DNA of 64,000 nt from Octopus bimaculoides (Eukaryota), in assembly GCF_001194135.2 (NCBI RefSeq), contig NC_068991.1, positions 42,862,708 through 42,926,707 on the forward strand, given 5' to 3'. The position numbers and the translations under genes were made by a program. Position 1 is the first letter of the stretch, and every line of letters begins with the position of its first letter. Below, in pieces: positions 24,852 to 37,330 of the stretch. The notes below the pieces were generated by a model. It worked only from the letters and a program-made list of their open reading frames with translations. It ran no database searches and was not told where the DNA came from.

Positions 24852-27020
24852 CCCCACAACATAGACTAGTAGTTAGTGACTTCAGGATCAGGGCTAAGTG
24901 GTTGCCCAGAAGGCGACCAGCTTGGAGGAGAAGGGTCTGGAAGCTTAAAGATCCTGCGAATGGACAGAGATTTAGAGACTTATTACTCGAAGCCTTTGAC
25001 AGAATAGAAGGGGATGTAGCTTCACACGATGTAGAAGACAACTGGACGTTTCTACGGGGCAACATGCTGAGGGCCACTGACCAGATCTGTGGATGGTGCA
25101 AAGTCCCCTCTCGACCCAAAATAACGTGGTGGTGGAATAATGTTGTTGACAGGGCTATTAGACAAAAGAAACAGGCTTGGAAGGACGAAGAACAGTGGTA
25201 GCAGGAAATTGTATCAGACTGCCAAAAGAGAAGCTAAGCGAAGGTTTATTTAGTCAGAGGGGAAGCAGATAAGAAAAAATTTGCCAATGTTCTGCACCGT
25301 GAGGACCAAAGACTTGAGGTGTTTCGTGTCGCAAGACAGTGTGTGAGAGAGAATCATGATGTCATGGGAGAAAAATGTGTTTGCATGGATGATGGTACAC
25401 TTGCACTAAACAAGGCTGCAAAGAAAGAGGTTTGGAGACGCCACTACAAAAGATTGCTCAATAAAGAAAATGAATGGGAGAAAGAGAGTCTGCCAAATGT
25501 CGACCCAACAGAGGGACCAGCTATCTGAGTTGACAGTACCATGGTAGATAAAGCAATTAAGAGTATGAAGACAGAGAAGGCCCCCGGTCCATCAGGAATC
25601 ACTGCAGAGATGCTTAAAATATCTGGCAGTGTCGGCTATAGCCTAGTTACTCATATTGTTAACCAGGTGATACACGCAGGAGTCATACCCTATGACTGGT
25701 GTAGCAGCACCATTGTCAACTGCTACAAAGGTAAAGGTGACGCTTTAGATACAAATAATTACAGAGGTATCAAGTTGTTAGATCAGGTAATGAAAGTCAC
25801 GGAGAGGGTCACAGTCCAACTAATTAGGGAGAGAGTCAGTTTAGATGAGATGCAATTTGTGTTCGTGCCTGGGAAAAGCACCACTGATGCTATATTTCTG
25901 GTAAGACAGCTTCAGGAGAAATACCTAGCCAAGGATAAACCTCTGTTCCTTGCTTTCATTGACATGGAGAAAGCCTTTGACAGAGTCCCCTGATCCCTCA
26001 TCTGGTGATCAATGAGCAAACTAGGGATAGAAAAATGGTTAGTGAGAGCTGTGCGAGCCATGTACAGAGACGTTGTCAGTAAGGTGAGGGTTGGCAACGA
26101 GTACAGGGAAGAATTCCGGGTAGAGGTAGGGGTCCACCAAGGTTCTGTCCTCAGCCCCCCCTCCTATTTATCATAGTCCTCCAGGCGATAACAGAGGAAT
26201 TCAAGACAGGATGCCCCTGGGAGCTCCTCTATGCTGATGACCTTGCACTAATTGCTGAGTCACTATCAGAACTAGAGGCGAAGTCTCAGGTGTTGAAGCA
26301 AGGACTAGAATCGAAGAGCCTTAGAGTCAACCTAGCTAAAACCAAAGTCCTAATAAGTAAGAAGGTAGACAAAACACAAACCACTTCAAGTAGATAGCCC
26401 TGCTCGATCCGTAGAAAAGGCGTAGGCAGAAACTCTATAAGATGCACCAAGTGCAAGCTGTGGACACATAATAGGTGCAGCAATATCAAACGAAGGTTAA
26501 CTAGGAAGTTAGTTTTTGTATGTAGCAGATGTTCAGGAGAAAAACTAGACGTAGTTGATAGCTTCTGCTATCTAGGTGACCAAGTTAATAGTGGGGGAGG
26601 GTGCGCTGAAAGTGTAGCTGCTAGAATAAGAATAGCCTGTGCAAAGTTCAGTGAGCTCTTACCTCTGCTGGTGACAAATGTCTCTCTCTCAGAGTAAAAG
26701 GCAGTGACACATGGGCTGTGACTGCTGAAGACATACATAGGCTCGCAAGGAATGAAGCCAGTATGCTCCAATGGATGAGTAATGTAAGTGTGGCCGTTGC
26801 CAGTACCGCCTGACTGGCCTTCGTGCGGGTGACACGTAAAAGCATCCACTACACTCTCTGAGTGGTTGGCGTTAGGAAGGGCATCCAGCCGTAGAAACTC
26901 TGCCAAATCAGATTGGAGCCTGGTGTAGCCATCTGGTTTCACCAGTCCTCAGTCAAATCGTCCAACCCATGCTAGCATGGAAAGCGGACGTTAAACGACG
27001 ATGATGATGATGATGATGAT
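24852..27020 (+). mobile_element. RTE LINE family 1, copy C (5'-truncated in the endonuclease region, complete tail)
   Basis: [64 protein letters not shown]. Three internal deletions; (GAC/GAT)n tail. Confidence 0.93.
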
Positions 27021-27054
27021 ATAGATTTATATATATAAGTATTTTTCAACATCT

Positions 27055-27880
27055 CACGTTTACGATCATGACATCATTGTCGAGAGCACAAGATCACTGA
27101 GCTTCAGTACGCTGATGATAACGCAGCCTCAGCTTCAACTGCAGAAGACCTCCAAACCTCAACAAACAACTTCAGCAGAGCTTGTCAAACCTTTGGCCTG
27201 AAAGTGAATATCACCAAACCCAATTGCTTGCTGAACCAGCTCCTCGTACCAACCTCTACAACCCCAACATCACCATCAACAACCAATCAATTGAGGTCAT
27301 CAAGGATTTCTGCTATCTTGGAAGTTTTCTGCCATCCCTGCAGGATCTGGTAAGGATATCGAACATCGCATCCAATCAGGTCATGCCTCGTTTGGTCGTC
27401 TCAAAACCAGCGTCTTTTGCAACAGGGATCTGACATTCGAAACGAAGCTCATGGTCTATTGGGCTGTTGTCGTATCAACTCTGCTGTACGGGTGTGAAAC
27501 CTGGACTGTTTACGGTAAGGACATGAAGAAATTAGAGCGCTTCCATCAATCCTAACTTCCCTCTATCCTGAACATCGACTGGGAAGATCGCATGACCAAC
27601 AACTTTGTGCTTGAAAGATCAGGTCTCCTGAGCGCATCGAAGCCTTGATCATTGAACATCATCTCCGATGGTCAGGTCACGTCCATCGGATGAATGAACA
27701 TCGCCTTCCTAAGATCTGTCTCTACAGTGAACTGTCTGAAGGAAAACGTCCTCGTGGAGCCCCCTTGAGGTGGTACAAGGATCAACTCAAATCAACCCTG
27801 AAAAGCACCAACATCAACCCCGCACACTGGGAAGATATCTCGGCAAATAGACCCCTACCCAGGAAAATGAACTGAATTGC
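27055..27880 (+). mobile_element. RTE LINE family 3 (BovB/RTE-1-like) RT C-terminal fragment
   Basis: QYADDNAA, FGLKVNITK, FCYLGS, LLYGCETWT, LRWSGHVHRMNEHRLPKICLYSELSEGKRPRGAP. Several frameshifts. Confidence 0.85.
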
Positions 27881-28091
27881 AAGCTCAGAAGCACGAGATG
27901 CAGCCATCTACTATAAGGATAAAAGTATATATATATAGGTAAATGATAGGCTTGCCTCAATCCTTCAGGGGTAGTCTGAAGCATCCAACCTCAACCTCCA
28001 CATAATAAAACAACGGCTAACTAGCCCAACAGAATTGCTTCTTCTTGTATTTGTTGTTCCATTCTCCACATAAATATATATATTTATATAT

Positions 28092-29523
28092 AGGAGTCAT
28101 ACCCAATGACTGGTGTAGCAGCACCATAGTCAACTGCTACAAAGGTAAAGGTGACGCTTTAGATACAAATAATTACAGAGTTATCAAGTTGTTAGATCAG
28201 GTAATGAAAGTCACGGAGAGGGTCAGGTCATAGCCCAACTAATTAGGGAGAGAGTCAGTTTAGATGAGATGCAATTTGGGTTTGTGCCAGGGAAAAGCAC
28301 CACTGATGCTATATTTCTGGTAAGACAGCTGCAGAAATACCTAGCCAAAGATAAACCTCTGTTCCTGGCATTCATTGACATGGAGAAAGCCTTTAACAGG
28401 GTCCCCTGATCCCTCATCTGGTGGTCAATGAGCAAACTAGGGATAGAAGAATGGTTACTGAGAGCTGTGCGAGCCATGTACAGAGACACTATCAGTAAGG
28501 TGAGGGTTGGCAACGAGTACAGGGAAGAATTCTGGGTAGAGGTAGGGGTCCACCAAGGTTCTGTCCTCAGCCCCCCTCCTATTTATCATAGTCCTCCAGG
28601 CAATAATACAGGAATTCAAGACAGGATGCCCCTGGGAGCTCCTCTATGCTGATGACCTTGCGCTAATTGCTGAGTCACTATCAGAACTAGAGGAGAAATT
28701 TCAGGTGTGGAAGCAAGGACTAGAATCGAAGACCCTTAGAATCAACCTAGCTAAAACCAAAGTCGTAATATGTAGGAAGGTAGACAAAACACAAACCCTT
28801 TCAGGTAGATAGCCCTGCTCGACCTGTAGAAAAGGCATAGGTAGAAACTCTATAAGATGTACCCAGTGTAAGCTATGGTCACATAAGAGCTACAGCAATA
28901 TCAAAGGAAGGTTAACTAGGAAGTTAGTTTTTGTATGTGGCAGATGTTCAGGAGTAATAAACACTGAAAATGTGCAGAAAACAACTTCAGCCACACTCCA
29001 GGGAGAAAAACTAGACGTAATTGATAGCTTTCGCTATCTAGGTGACCAAGTTAATAGTGGGGGAGGGTGCACTGAAAGTGTAGCTGCTAGAATAAGAATA
29101 GCCTGGCAAAGTTCAGTGAGCTCTTATCTCTGCTGGTGACAAAGTACCTCTCACACAGTAAAAGGCAGACTGTATGACGCATTTGTACGAACAGCCATGT
29201 TACATGGCAGTGAAATATGCTGTGCGTGAGAAGACCCAACAAGTCAAGTGAGACCATAATCCAAGGCCTCTGGCAGGGGTGTAGCCAGCCCACTTATGCA
29301 TACCTTTCCTTCATTGAACACTCAACTCTGTTTGCAAAGACTTGTTGAGGCAAGTGAAATCAAAATCGAACTAAATTCGACAACTGGCACCTGTGCCAAC
29401 ATCTCCTTCAATGGACACTAAGCTCGGCTTGCAAAGACCTGTTGGGGCAAGTGAAAGCGAAATCATGATGACACCTGTGCCGGTGGAGTGCTAAGAGCAC
29501 CGTCCGAGTGTGATCGTTGCCAG
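28092..29523 (+). mobile_element. RTE LINE family 1, copy D (5'-truncated, tail missing)
   Basis: GVIPNDWCSS...FIDMEKAF...YADDL...HGSE, then a jump to the 3' UTR. The 5' end abuts TA repeats. Confidence 0.92.
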
Positions 29524-29853
29524 AAGAATGGGAAAAAATTGCTAAAGAAACATGCGAGTCATTGATTAAGAACTACAAGAAGAGATTGGTTGAAGTGGAA
29601 CTGAATAATGGTTATGCTACGAACTATTAAATCAGAATTATCAGTTATTTATGTTCTGTATGAATACTTTTTTCACCCCTAAATATTTATATTTGTATAT
29701 AAATTCATTAGTTACTATAATTTATTAGTTTCTTTTGCATATTCTTCGTTTATGTATGTGTATGCAAATCTAGTATTGGTATATCCCATTTATGTTCATT
29801 AGCCATTAAATAAATAAAGAATTTTGACATGTACAAATATTTATTTCCCCTCC

Positions 29854-29856
<3 letters not shown>

Positions 29857-29918
<62 letters not shown>
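29857..29918. repeat. (TA)31 perfect microsatellite
   Basis: Direct reading. Confidence 0.95.
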
Positions 29919-29924
<6 letters not shown>

Positions 29925-29989
29925 CAAATAATATATGAGTATATGCATATATACGTACATGTCCAATGAAGGAGAGGTTGGCATGGGTG

Positions 29990-30330
29990 CCAGTCAGATT
30001 CGTTTCGATTTCAAATTCTAAATTCCAAATTCACTTGCCTCAACAGGTCTTCACAAGCAGAAATTTTAGTGTCCAATGAAGTAAAGGTACGGATTAGTGA
30101 GCTGGCTACACTTCTGGCAGAGATCACAGATTATGCTCTCACTTGCCTTGCCGGGTCTTCTCACGTACTGCATATTTCCAAAAGTCCCGGTCACTAGTCA
30201 TTGCCTCGGTTGAGTATGCACACTTACATTACACATCCATCGGAGCATACTGGCTTCGTTTCTTGCAAGCTTACGCATGTCCTCAGCAGTCACTGCCATG
30301 TGAGAGGCCCTTTGTCACCAGCAGAGGTAA
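29990..30330 (-). mobile_element. RTE family-1 fragment E (inverted relative to F)
   Basis: Reverse complement of the RT end and early 3' UTR (GAGAGGCCCTTTGTCACCAGCAGAGG, GGGTCTTCTCACG..CATATTTCC). Confidence 0.82.
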
Positions 30331-31289
30331 AGTGAGAATGGATGAGGATAGCTGTGTGAAAAAGTGCCACACCCTAGCAGTTGAGGGAACCTGTGGAAGA
30401 GGTAGGCTCAGGAAGACCTGGGATGAGGTGGTGAGGCACAACCTTTGAACATTGGGCCTCACCGAAGCGATGACTTCTGACCGAGACCTTTGGAAATATG
30501 CTGTGCGTGAGAAGACCTGGCAAGCCAAGTGAGACCTAAATCCAAGGCCTCTGCCAGGGGTGTAGCCAGCCCACTTATGCGTACCTTCNNNNNNNNNNNN
30601 NNNNNNNNNNNNNNNNNNNNNNNNNNNNNNNNNNNNNNNNNNNNNNNNNNNNNNNNNNNNNNNNNNNNNNNNNNNNNNNNNNNNNNNNNNNNNNNNNNNN
30701 NNNNNNNNNNNNNNNNNNNNNNNNNNNNNNNNNNNNNNNNNNNNNNNNNNNNNNNNNNNNNNNNNNNNNNNNNNNNNNNNNNNNNNNNNNNNNNNNNNNN
30801 NNNNNNNNNNNNNNNNNNNNNNNNNNNNNNNNNNNNNNNNNNNNNNNNNNNNNNNNNNNNNNNNNNNNNNNNNNNNNNNNNNNNNNNNNNNNNNNNNNNN
30901 NNNNNNNNNNNNNNNNNNNNNNNNNNNNNNNNNNNNNNNNNNNNNNNNNNNNNNNNNNNNNNNNNNNNNNNNNNNNNNNNNNNNNNNNNNNNNNNNNNNN
31001 NNNNNNNNNNNNNNNNNNNNNNNNNNNNNNNNNNNNNNNNNNNNNNNNNNNNNNNNNNNNNNNAAATACACCATTTTGAGCGTGACCATTGCCAGTACCG
31101 CCTGACTGGTCTTCGTGCCGGTGGCACGTAAAAGCACCCACTACACTCTCAGAGTGGTTGGCATTAGGAAGGGCATCCAGCTGTAGAAACTCTGCCAAAT
31201 CAGATTGGGGCCTGGTGTAGTCATCTGATTCATCAGTCCTCAGTCAAATCGTCCAACCCATGCTATGATGGAAAGCGGACGTTAAATGA

Positions 31290-31292
<3 letters not shown>
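30331..31292 (+). mobile_element. RTE family-1 fragment F (RT end, 3' UTR, tail), spanning an N gap
   Basis: VRMDEDSCVKKCHTLAVEGTCGRGRLRKTWDEVVRH, then the 3' UTR and a tail abutting (TA)n at 31293. Confidence 0.88.
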
Positions 31293-31334
<42 letters not shown>

Positions 31335-31864
31335 CATACATATCCTTCATATGCATGTATATATATATATATGTGTGTGTGTGCATGTTCATTGTTTTTT
31401 CATGTGTTTATATACATGTATATGAAATAAAAATCACTGGATTATGAGAAAGAAAGAATGGTAAAACATGTAAAAGCACACAATGGATGCAAACTGCTCA
31501 GTCCCTTGTCAGTTATCAATCAAATATCAGATTTTTGATACCTCACTATAATATTGTCGTTGCTTACTCTGTCTTCACTTATGATGTACATTGAGATTTT
31601 ATCTATTCACTTCATTGCCATTATTTTTTTCTCTTTCAAGCTTCATCTTTTCAGGTTCTTTCTCAACAGGAACAAACCTGTTCTTCTCTGGTCCCTTTTC
31701 TTGTAACAACCACCCCTCTCGGTGATTTATAGTCTTGTAAGCTGCATTATGGATCCTGGCAAACTGTCCAACCCATGGCAACTTTGAACATGGACATTTG
31801 AATGATGTCATCATTCCTTATATATTATCGATATATAGATAGCTATGTACACACATATGCGCGT

Positions 31865-31917
<53 letters not shown>

Positions 31918-31953
31918 CTCTCNNNNNNNNNNNNNNNNNNNNNNNNNNCTCTC

Positions 31954-31989
<36 letters not shown>

Positions 31990-31990
31990 A
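31865..31990. repeat. (CA)n followed by (CT)n microsatellite, containing a small gap
   Basis: Direct reading. Confidence 0.92.
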
Positions 31991-34058
31991 CAAACACACA
32001 CAAATTTGTGTCCATTATGAGTTATGATTTTTAAGTTGAAAGTCATAATGGTAATGAAACCATTATATGGAAAGGTGTTGGAAACTAAAATTTTTTCATG
32101 ATACATGTAAAATATAGATTGTGGATTCATGTAGTACAGAAAACAGTTTGGAATTTTTAAGACATTACCTAAAGCAAGTTACCAACCAGTTCTGTAGCTG
32201 GAACTGTATGCAACACAGTCAAAGAGTAGGAATGAGATAAACATTATTAAAAGGAATGGAACAGTAGCAGGAAATTGAATATTTGCTTAGTAGAATGTTA
32301 GGTTTCAGGTTTTCATTGCAAGAAAGTAGAAGGCTACGAGTGTTTGCTCTGAATGGTAGGTTTCAGATTATGAAACAGTATCTTGAAATAAATCAGACTC
32401 CATTGAATAGCAAAGCACCCAACTTAAATGGGCCTTAATGACAAGTAAAAAACAAAAAAATGACTTCTATGAAAATACATGATATTTTGTCATCTCTTTT
32501 AAGCCACTTTTCACTCCTTGACTAGTCTTTCACCTGAGAATGGTCTAGCAATGGCTGTAATTTCAAGCACTTTACAAAACAGGATTTACTTGCAATCAAA
32601 AAGTGTACTTGCTGTTCTGTTGAGTAGCAATGTTACTTGAGTCCAATCAGGTTGACAGGTGAGAGCTAAACATCCTATATTGACCTTCAGTGAAAACTTA
32701 ATCCAGCTAGTTCTAAAATCTCAACTTTATCCATTTAGCTGACTCCCATGAACATTACCTTCCCAGATGGACAACTTTTGTAGCTATCTTTTCCTCTAAA
32801 AATATTACCTATAGGTACAGTGTTATGTATATCTGATATTCTAATTAGAGATGAACTTCCTATACAAGGAACCTACCAAGTGCAAAGCACTACACACACA
32901 CATACCTCTGTGATTTTGTATCTTGTACACATATCTAGTGCATTTTCCTCCAGTTTCTCACTTTAAATATACAAAGTGGATTTAATCCTCTTCCTCATCT
33001 TAAGATCTTTTTCGTTATCCCGTTAGATTTAAAGTCTGTTCAAATTATACATGTAATTTGCACTGAAAAAAATTTTTTATCTTTGCCTTTCCCTTTCCAA
33101 GTTATCTGAACTACACTTTAGAGTGAGTTTTATACAATGTCAGATACTTGTTGTCAATCCCCAGATGAGCCCTGATTGAGTAGGCCTATGATCAAAGGCT
33201 TTTCTGACATGACCATCCCCCCCTTTTTTTTTTTAAGATGCAAAACTACAGTGTCCTATAAATCATTCTTTTTAAGATTGTAGGGTGTGATTGGAGGGCT
33301 GTTATTGCTATTAGGTTAAGTGACCATATAGAAGTTCCTTTGTATGCCATTAAATTTATGTCACAGCTACAGTTTCAGGATTTGTCCCACTGCATGGCAC
33401 CTTGGTCAACTTTACCAGTTTGCCACAAGTCTTGTAAAGTTGAGTAGATGAAAACTGTGCTGAAGGGATATATATATATGGACCCTTGAAGCAATTATAG
33501 CAGTTCCAGATAACCTGTTTGCCTGTTTTTATTATACTTCTATGGCATGCTTAAGGTCCCATTCATATTTGGATACTGTTGGTGTTGCAGGATACCAAAC
33601 AACAGTGAACCTCATTTCATTGATACATTCTGTACTATGATAATGGATTACTTAACAGATTTTACAACATTCTGTGGACCACTAATTGTGGTGTGTGTGT
33701 GAGAGAGAGAGAGGGGGGAACAGGGAGAGAAAGTGGACAGACAAAAGTGACACTCAACTCAATAATAGCTTGGATCAGCTTAGCTTTGTCTTGCAAGCCT
33801 ACAAAACAGTCATACAGAGTCATATATTGTTAAATAATATTTGTAAGAACATACAGCAATGGAAACCATACCAAAGCTGACATTGGAGCTTAATGTAGTC
33901 CTGTGGCTCATCAGATTCTGTCAAACTGTCCAATCCATGCCACCATGGAAGACGGACATTGATGATGATGTGTATATGACATAGGATGGCAGAACCAATG
34001 CTTTCAACTTATTTGATAATTTCATCACTCAGGGAAAAGGGTAATTTAGTGCCTTTGA

Positions 34059-34763
34059 ATTATTGATTTCTCTCATGCCATTAAAACAAAGTTCCTAAGT
34101 AACAACAAGGTCATTACCAAGGTAGAAATAGATAGTATCACAATTGTGATATGTTGGAACCATTTCATTTATTTGCTAGTTCTTTTGGGAAAGCTTTCAA
34201 TCTCTCAACAAGTCATTTCTTCCCCTTCAAAAATTACATATATAAGAAATTGGGATTGTAAATTTAGCAAAAACTGTACACTTCAAGCCGCTAGATCACA
34301 ATTTAACTTTTTGAGTGTTTCCTTGTCTAGTTTTTATTTTTATTCATATGATTTTGATAAAGAAAATTTCAGTAATTTACTTGAGCTGAATTACATTGAC
34401 AATCTCTATTCCCTCTTACAAATAGGTATTGTGACTCAACCAGTACCGTCAGATTTCCTTTTTGCTTCCACCACCTCATATAAGTTCAATGCCATTGAAT
34501 TCAACACATGGTCGCTTACATTTTCTGACATGAATATTGAAATCACAATTACATTAACTACTAAGCATCTTTTTGGCTACTTGAAAGAAATATGTCATAT
34601 TCTTGAAAATGGCTTTTGCCCAAATGTTCTCTATCGCACATGTCTAATGTCAAAACTAATGTCACCTTTTCTGGAGAATCTCCTTAATATTAAACAAACT
34701 ACAATGATCTCGACTTTGACAGTCTTTATGACTAAAAATTTTTTGCTGAGCAAATTCAACTGA
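34059..34763 (+). CDS. Unexplained 234-codon stop-free frame (no ATG near the start); possible exon or shadow frame of a decayed element
   Basis: Open from the TGA at 34056-34058 to the TGA at 34761-34763 in AT-rich DNA. No recognisable domain. Confidence 0.25.
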   Translation: MIDFSHAIKTKFLSNNKVITKVEIDSITIVICWNHFIYLLVLLGKLSISQQVISSPSKITYIRNWDCKFSKNCTLQAARSQFNFLSVSLSSFYFYSYDFDKENFSNLLELNYIDNLYSLLQIGIVTQPVPSDFLFASTTSYKFNAIEFNTWSLTFSDMNIEITITLTTKHLFGYLKEICHILENGFCPNVLYRTCLMSKLMSPFLENLLNIKQTTMISTLTVFMTKNFLLSKFN

Positions 34764-37119
34764 TCATGACACTATCTTTTTGATTGAAGGAGTTCAAATA
34801 TTTGACTTTTGCAGACCTAGTATAAAAAAGCACTCCAAATATTATTTAGTTTGTCAGTATAAGAGGCTGATAAAACTTCAAAGCTGTTTCCCCCCCCCCC
34901 TTTATTAAAATAACTATCACCTGTCCAGTAGGGTTATTGAAGTAGCAGAAAGAATCTATAATTGCAATTGCTTCATGGCCCTTAAAGACTTAAGTCTGGG
35001 TTCTTGAGGGAAGGTATTTTGTGTTTTTTGTATTTTTTTTGTCTTTTTTTTCTTTAGCTTGTGGTTTATACGAATGAATCAATTTGTTTGTCTGGTGCTT
35101 ATAGTTGAGACAGTGTTCATTTAATAATACTGCTCTATCACAACAAACATTATATGACCATTTACCAGCATTCTGTTTTGAGTGTTGTGGAATGTATGTC
35201 AATGAATTTTGGTCTCGGAGGCTCTTTGGGTCAAAACCAACCTGGAGAATTTTTTAACCAACTCAATAATGAATTCACTTTTAGATTCAAAGTCATAATA
35301 TAGAGCAGCAAGGAGATCTTTATCCAAACATTGATGACAGTACTTTTGATATAGCTGTAAGTTTGTCCCTGCACCAATTCCTACATTAATTACCTGGAAA
35401 AAAAAATTGTCTGTGCAGTATTATGAAATATATGCTTAAAATCTAGAGTTGACACTGTGCTTCATTAAGTTATTGATACCCTTGGTAAGGACAAGACAAA
35501 CACAACCTGTATGTGTGGAGAGATAAAGAAAAATCTATTTGCATGAATAGATTGGTCTAGTCTACTTTCTAGCACAAATGGTGGAATGATAGATTGGTTT
35601 AATCATCTCATAAGGATTTAATATTGAGAAGTAAAATTTCAATCCATGATTAAAATTAATTCACCTATGTATTAAGTAAGGACAACCAAAACATTCTAAT
35701 ATTCTCCCACATTTTGAAAGTAAGGCCTTGTTCATAATAAAAAAAAGAAGTCATCATATTGATCCAGTGGAGTGCAGAATACTAGATTAAATATATTTCT
35801 TCAGGATTGACTTTCTTGTCACTTTTCTGGTATAGATAAAGGTTAATTTCAATGAATACATCCCTTTTACTATGAGTGCCCATGTCATTATGTATGCATA
35901 AGTCTTTTGAGTGCTGTGCATACATGCCTAAAACTTCAGATTCATCAAAAGTTCACTTTAGAACATAGACCAATGTCACACAGCTATTCAGTTCATGATG
36001 TTGAAATTTGTGTTAAAGTTCTGTAGCCATGTGATGGCTGAGACAGTATTTTTCTACAGCAATTAAATTCTGTATTTATATTCTTGTGTCATTTTGCAGA
36101 AGATTATTTTGTGTATGGGCACATGATGAATGCATTTGCTAACATACATTTGTAATGTGATCATGTCACAAGACAGATGTTTGCATATCAACTGCGATTG
36201 TTGATTGCCTACTGAGATGGTGGGAAATTTCACCCATTTAAAAACAATCAAAAAGAGAAAATGAGCAGAGGAGGATATGAATATTTTGTCAAAATATAGA
36301 ACTTCTCCCCACCAACTTTACTTCATAGAAATATTTTTAACTATTCTGGAATATAAGCTGTAGTAAATGACAAGTAGTATAGTGGGATTGACCACAATAG
36401 TATACTGTGCTGGACTTCAAACTTTATTGTATCTAATTCAATATATGAACATTTTCAGTTGTGATATGCAGTTGTGTGTTGTTATTTAAGCTCAGGTCAC
36501 CCTCGACCAAGCTGACCTGTGATCAAATGGGTACGAGTTTGGTCATTGCTATTTTGTCTATATATACACATGTACACACACAAATATATAGTGTATATAT
36601 ATTGTACTTTTACAGAAATCCACTTCAGTTTTATCCTACTTATTTAGGATTTTCTCTTGTTTTTTTTTTCCTTTGTACATCCTTTTTATTTTGTTAGGAA
36701 AAAATAAATTCTGTGATCCACCATTCTTATTCATTTTTGGTTTTGTTGGTTGTTTTAAAGTAGTTATTAGGTAGTTATTGTTGTAGATTAAAAGAAAAAG
36801 AACATCAAAATGCTGTTATTCATTTTGCTGATTACATCCTCTTTGGAATAAGATTTCCCTTGAATTTTACCAGCAGTAAAGAAAAAGACAAACACCATTC
36901 ATTAGTGGAATGGTGTAAGAATAATGAGGAACCAAGGAAAATGTAAAAGATAAATGTTTTTAAGAAACTTTCATCGAGCTGAAGCAGTTTTTCGGTGGGT
37001 GGAGTAGTAATACTTCTTGTATTTATTGCTGATTATGAGACAATGTCATCTTTCTTATAATTAACTACTTCAATGTATTTAATTTAAATATAATTCATTA
37101 TTTATTAAGTAATATTAGT

Positions 37120-37330
37120 TTCAAATTTTGGCACAAGGCCAGTAATTTTGGGGAAGGGGTGAATCAAGTACCTTGACACCAGTGTTCAACTGGTACTTAC
37201 TTTATCAATCCTGAAAGGATGAAAGGTAAAGTAGGCCTCAGCAAAATTTGAACTCTGAACATAAAGATGGATGAAATGATGTTAAGCATTTTGCCTGGCA
37301 TGCTAATGATTCTGCCAGCTCACTGCCCTA
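37120..37330 (-). mobile_element. SINE type 1
   Basis: Reverse copy of the 7943-8136 family (GGATGAAAGGTAAAGT..CCTCAGC..AATTTGAACTC). Confidence 0.75.

Larger units (their letters stand above)
1932..31948. other. Assembly gaps: 1932-2031, 3965-4048, 13586-13623, 23890-24182, 30589-31063, 31923-31948
   Basis: Runs of N; each lies within or next to a LINE/SINE copy or a microsatellite. Confidence 0.98.

Noticed and set aside
23760-24860. Long ORFs rich in X, Y, I, H, T, C, V (also 30283-31198, 13060-13951 and 31802-32130)
   Set aside because: Artefacts of N gaps and dinucleotide microsatellites.
36787-36915. Exon-like LKEKEHQNAVIHFADYILFGIRFPLNF…; similar short candidates at ~37523, ~39050-39170, ~42110 and ~44478
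   Set aside because: Short open frames with ordinary splice-like signals are expected by chance in AT-rich introns. No recognised homology and no consistent phase chain, so they were not called.
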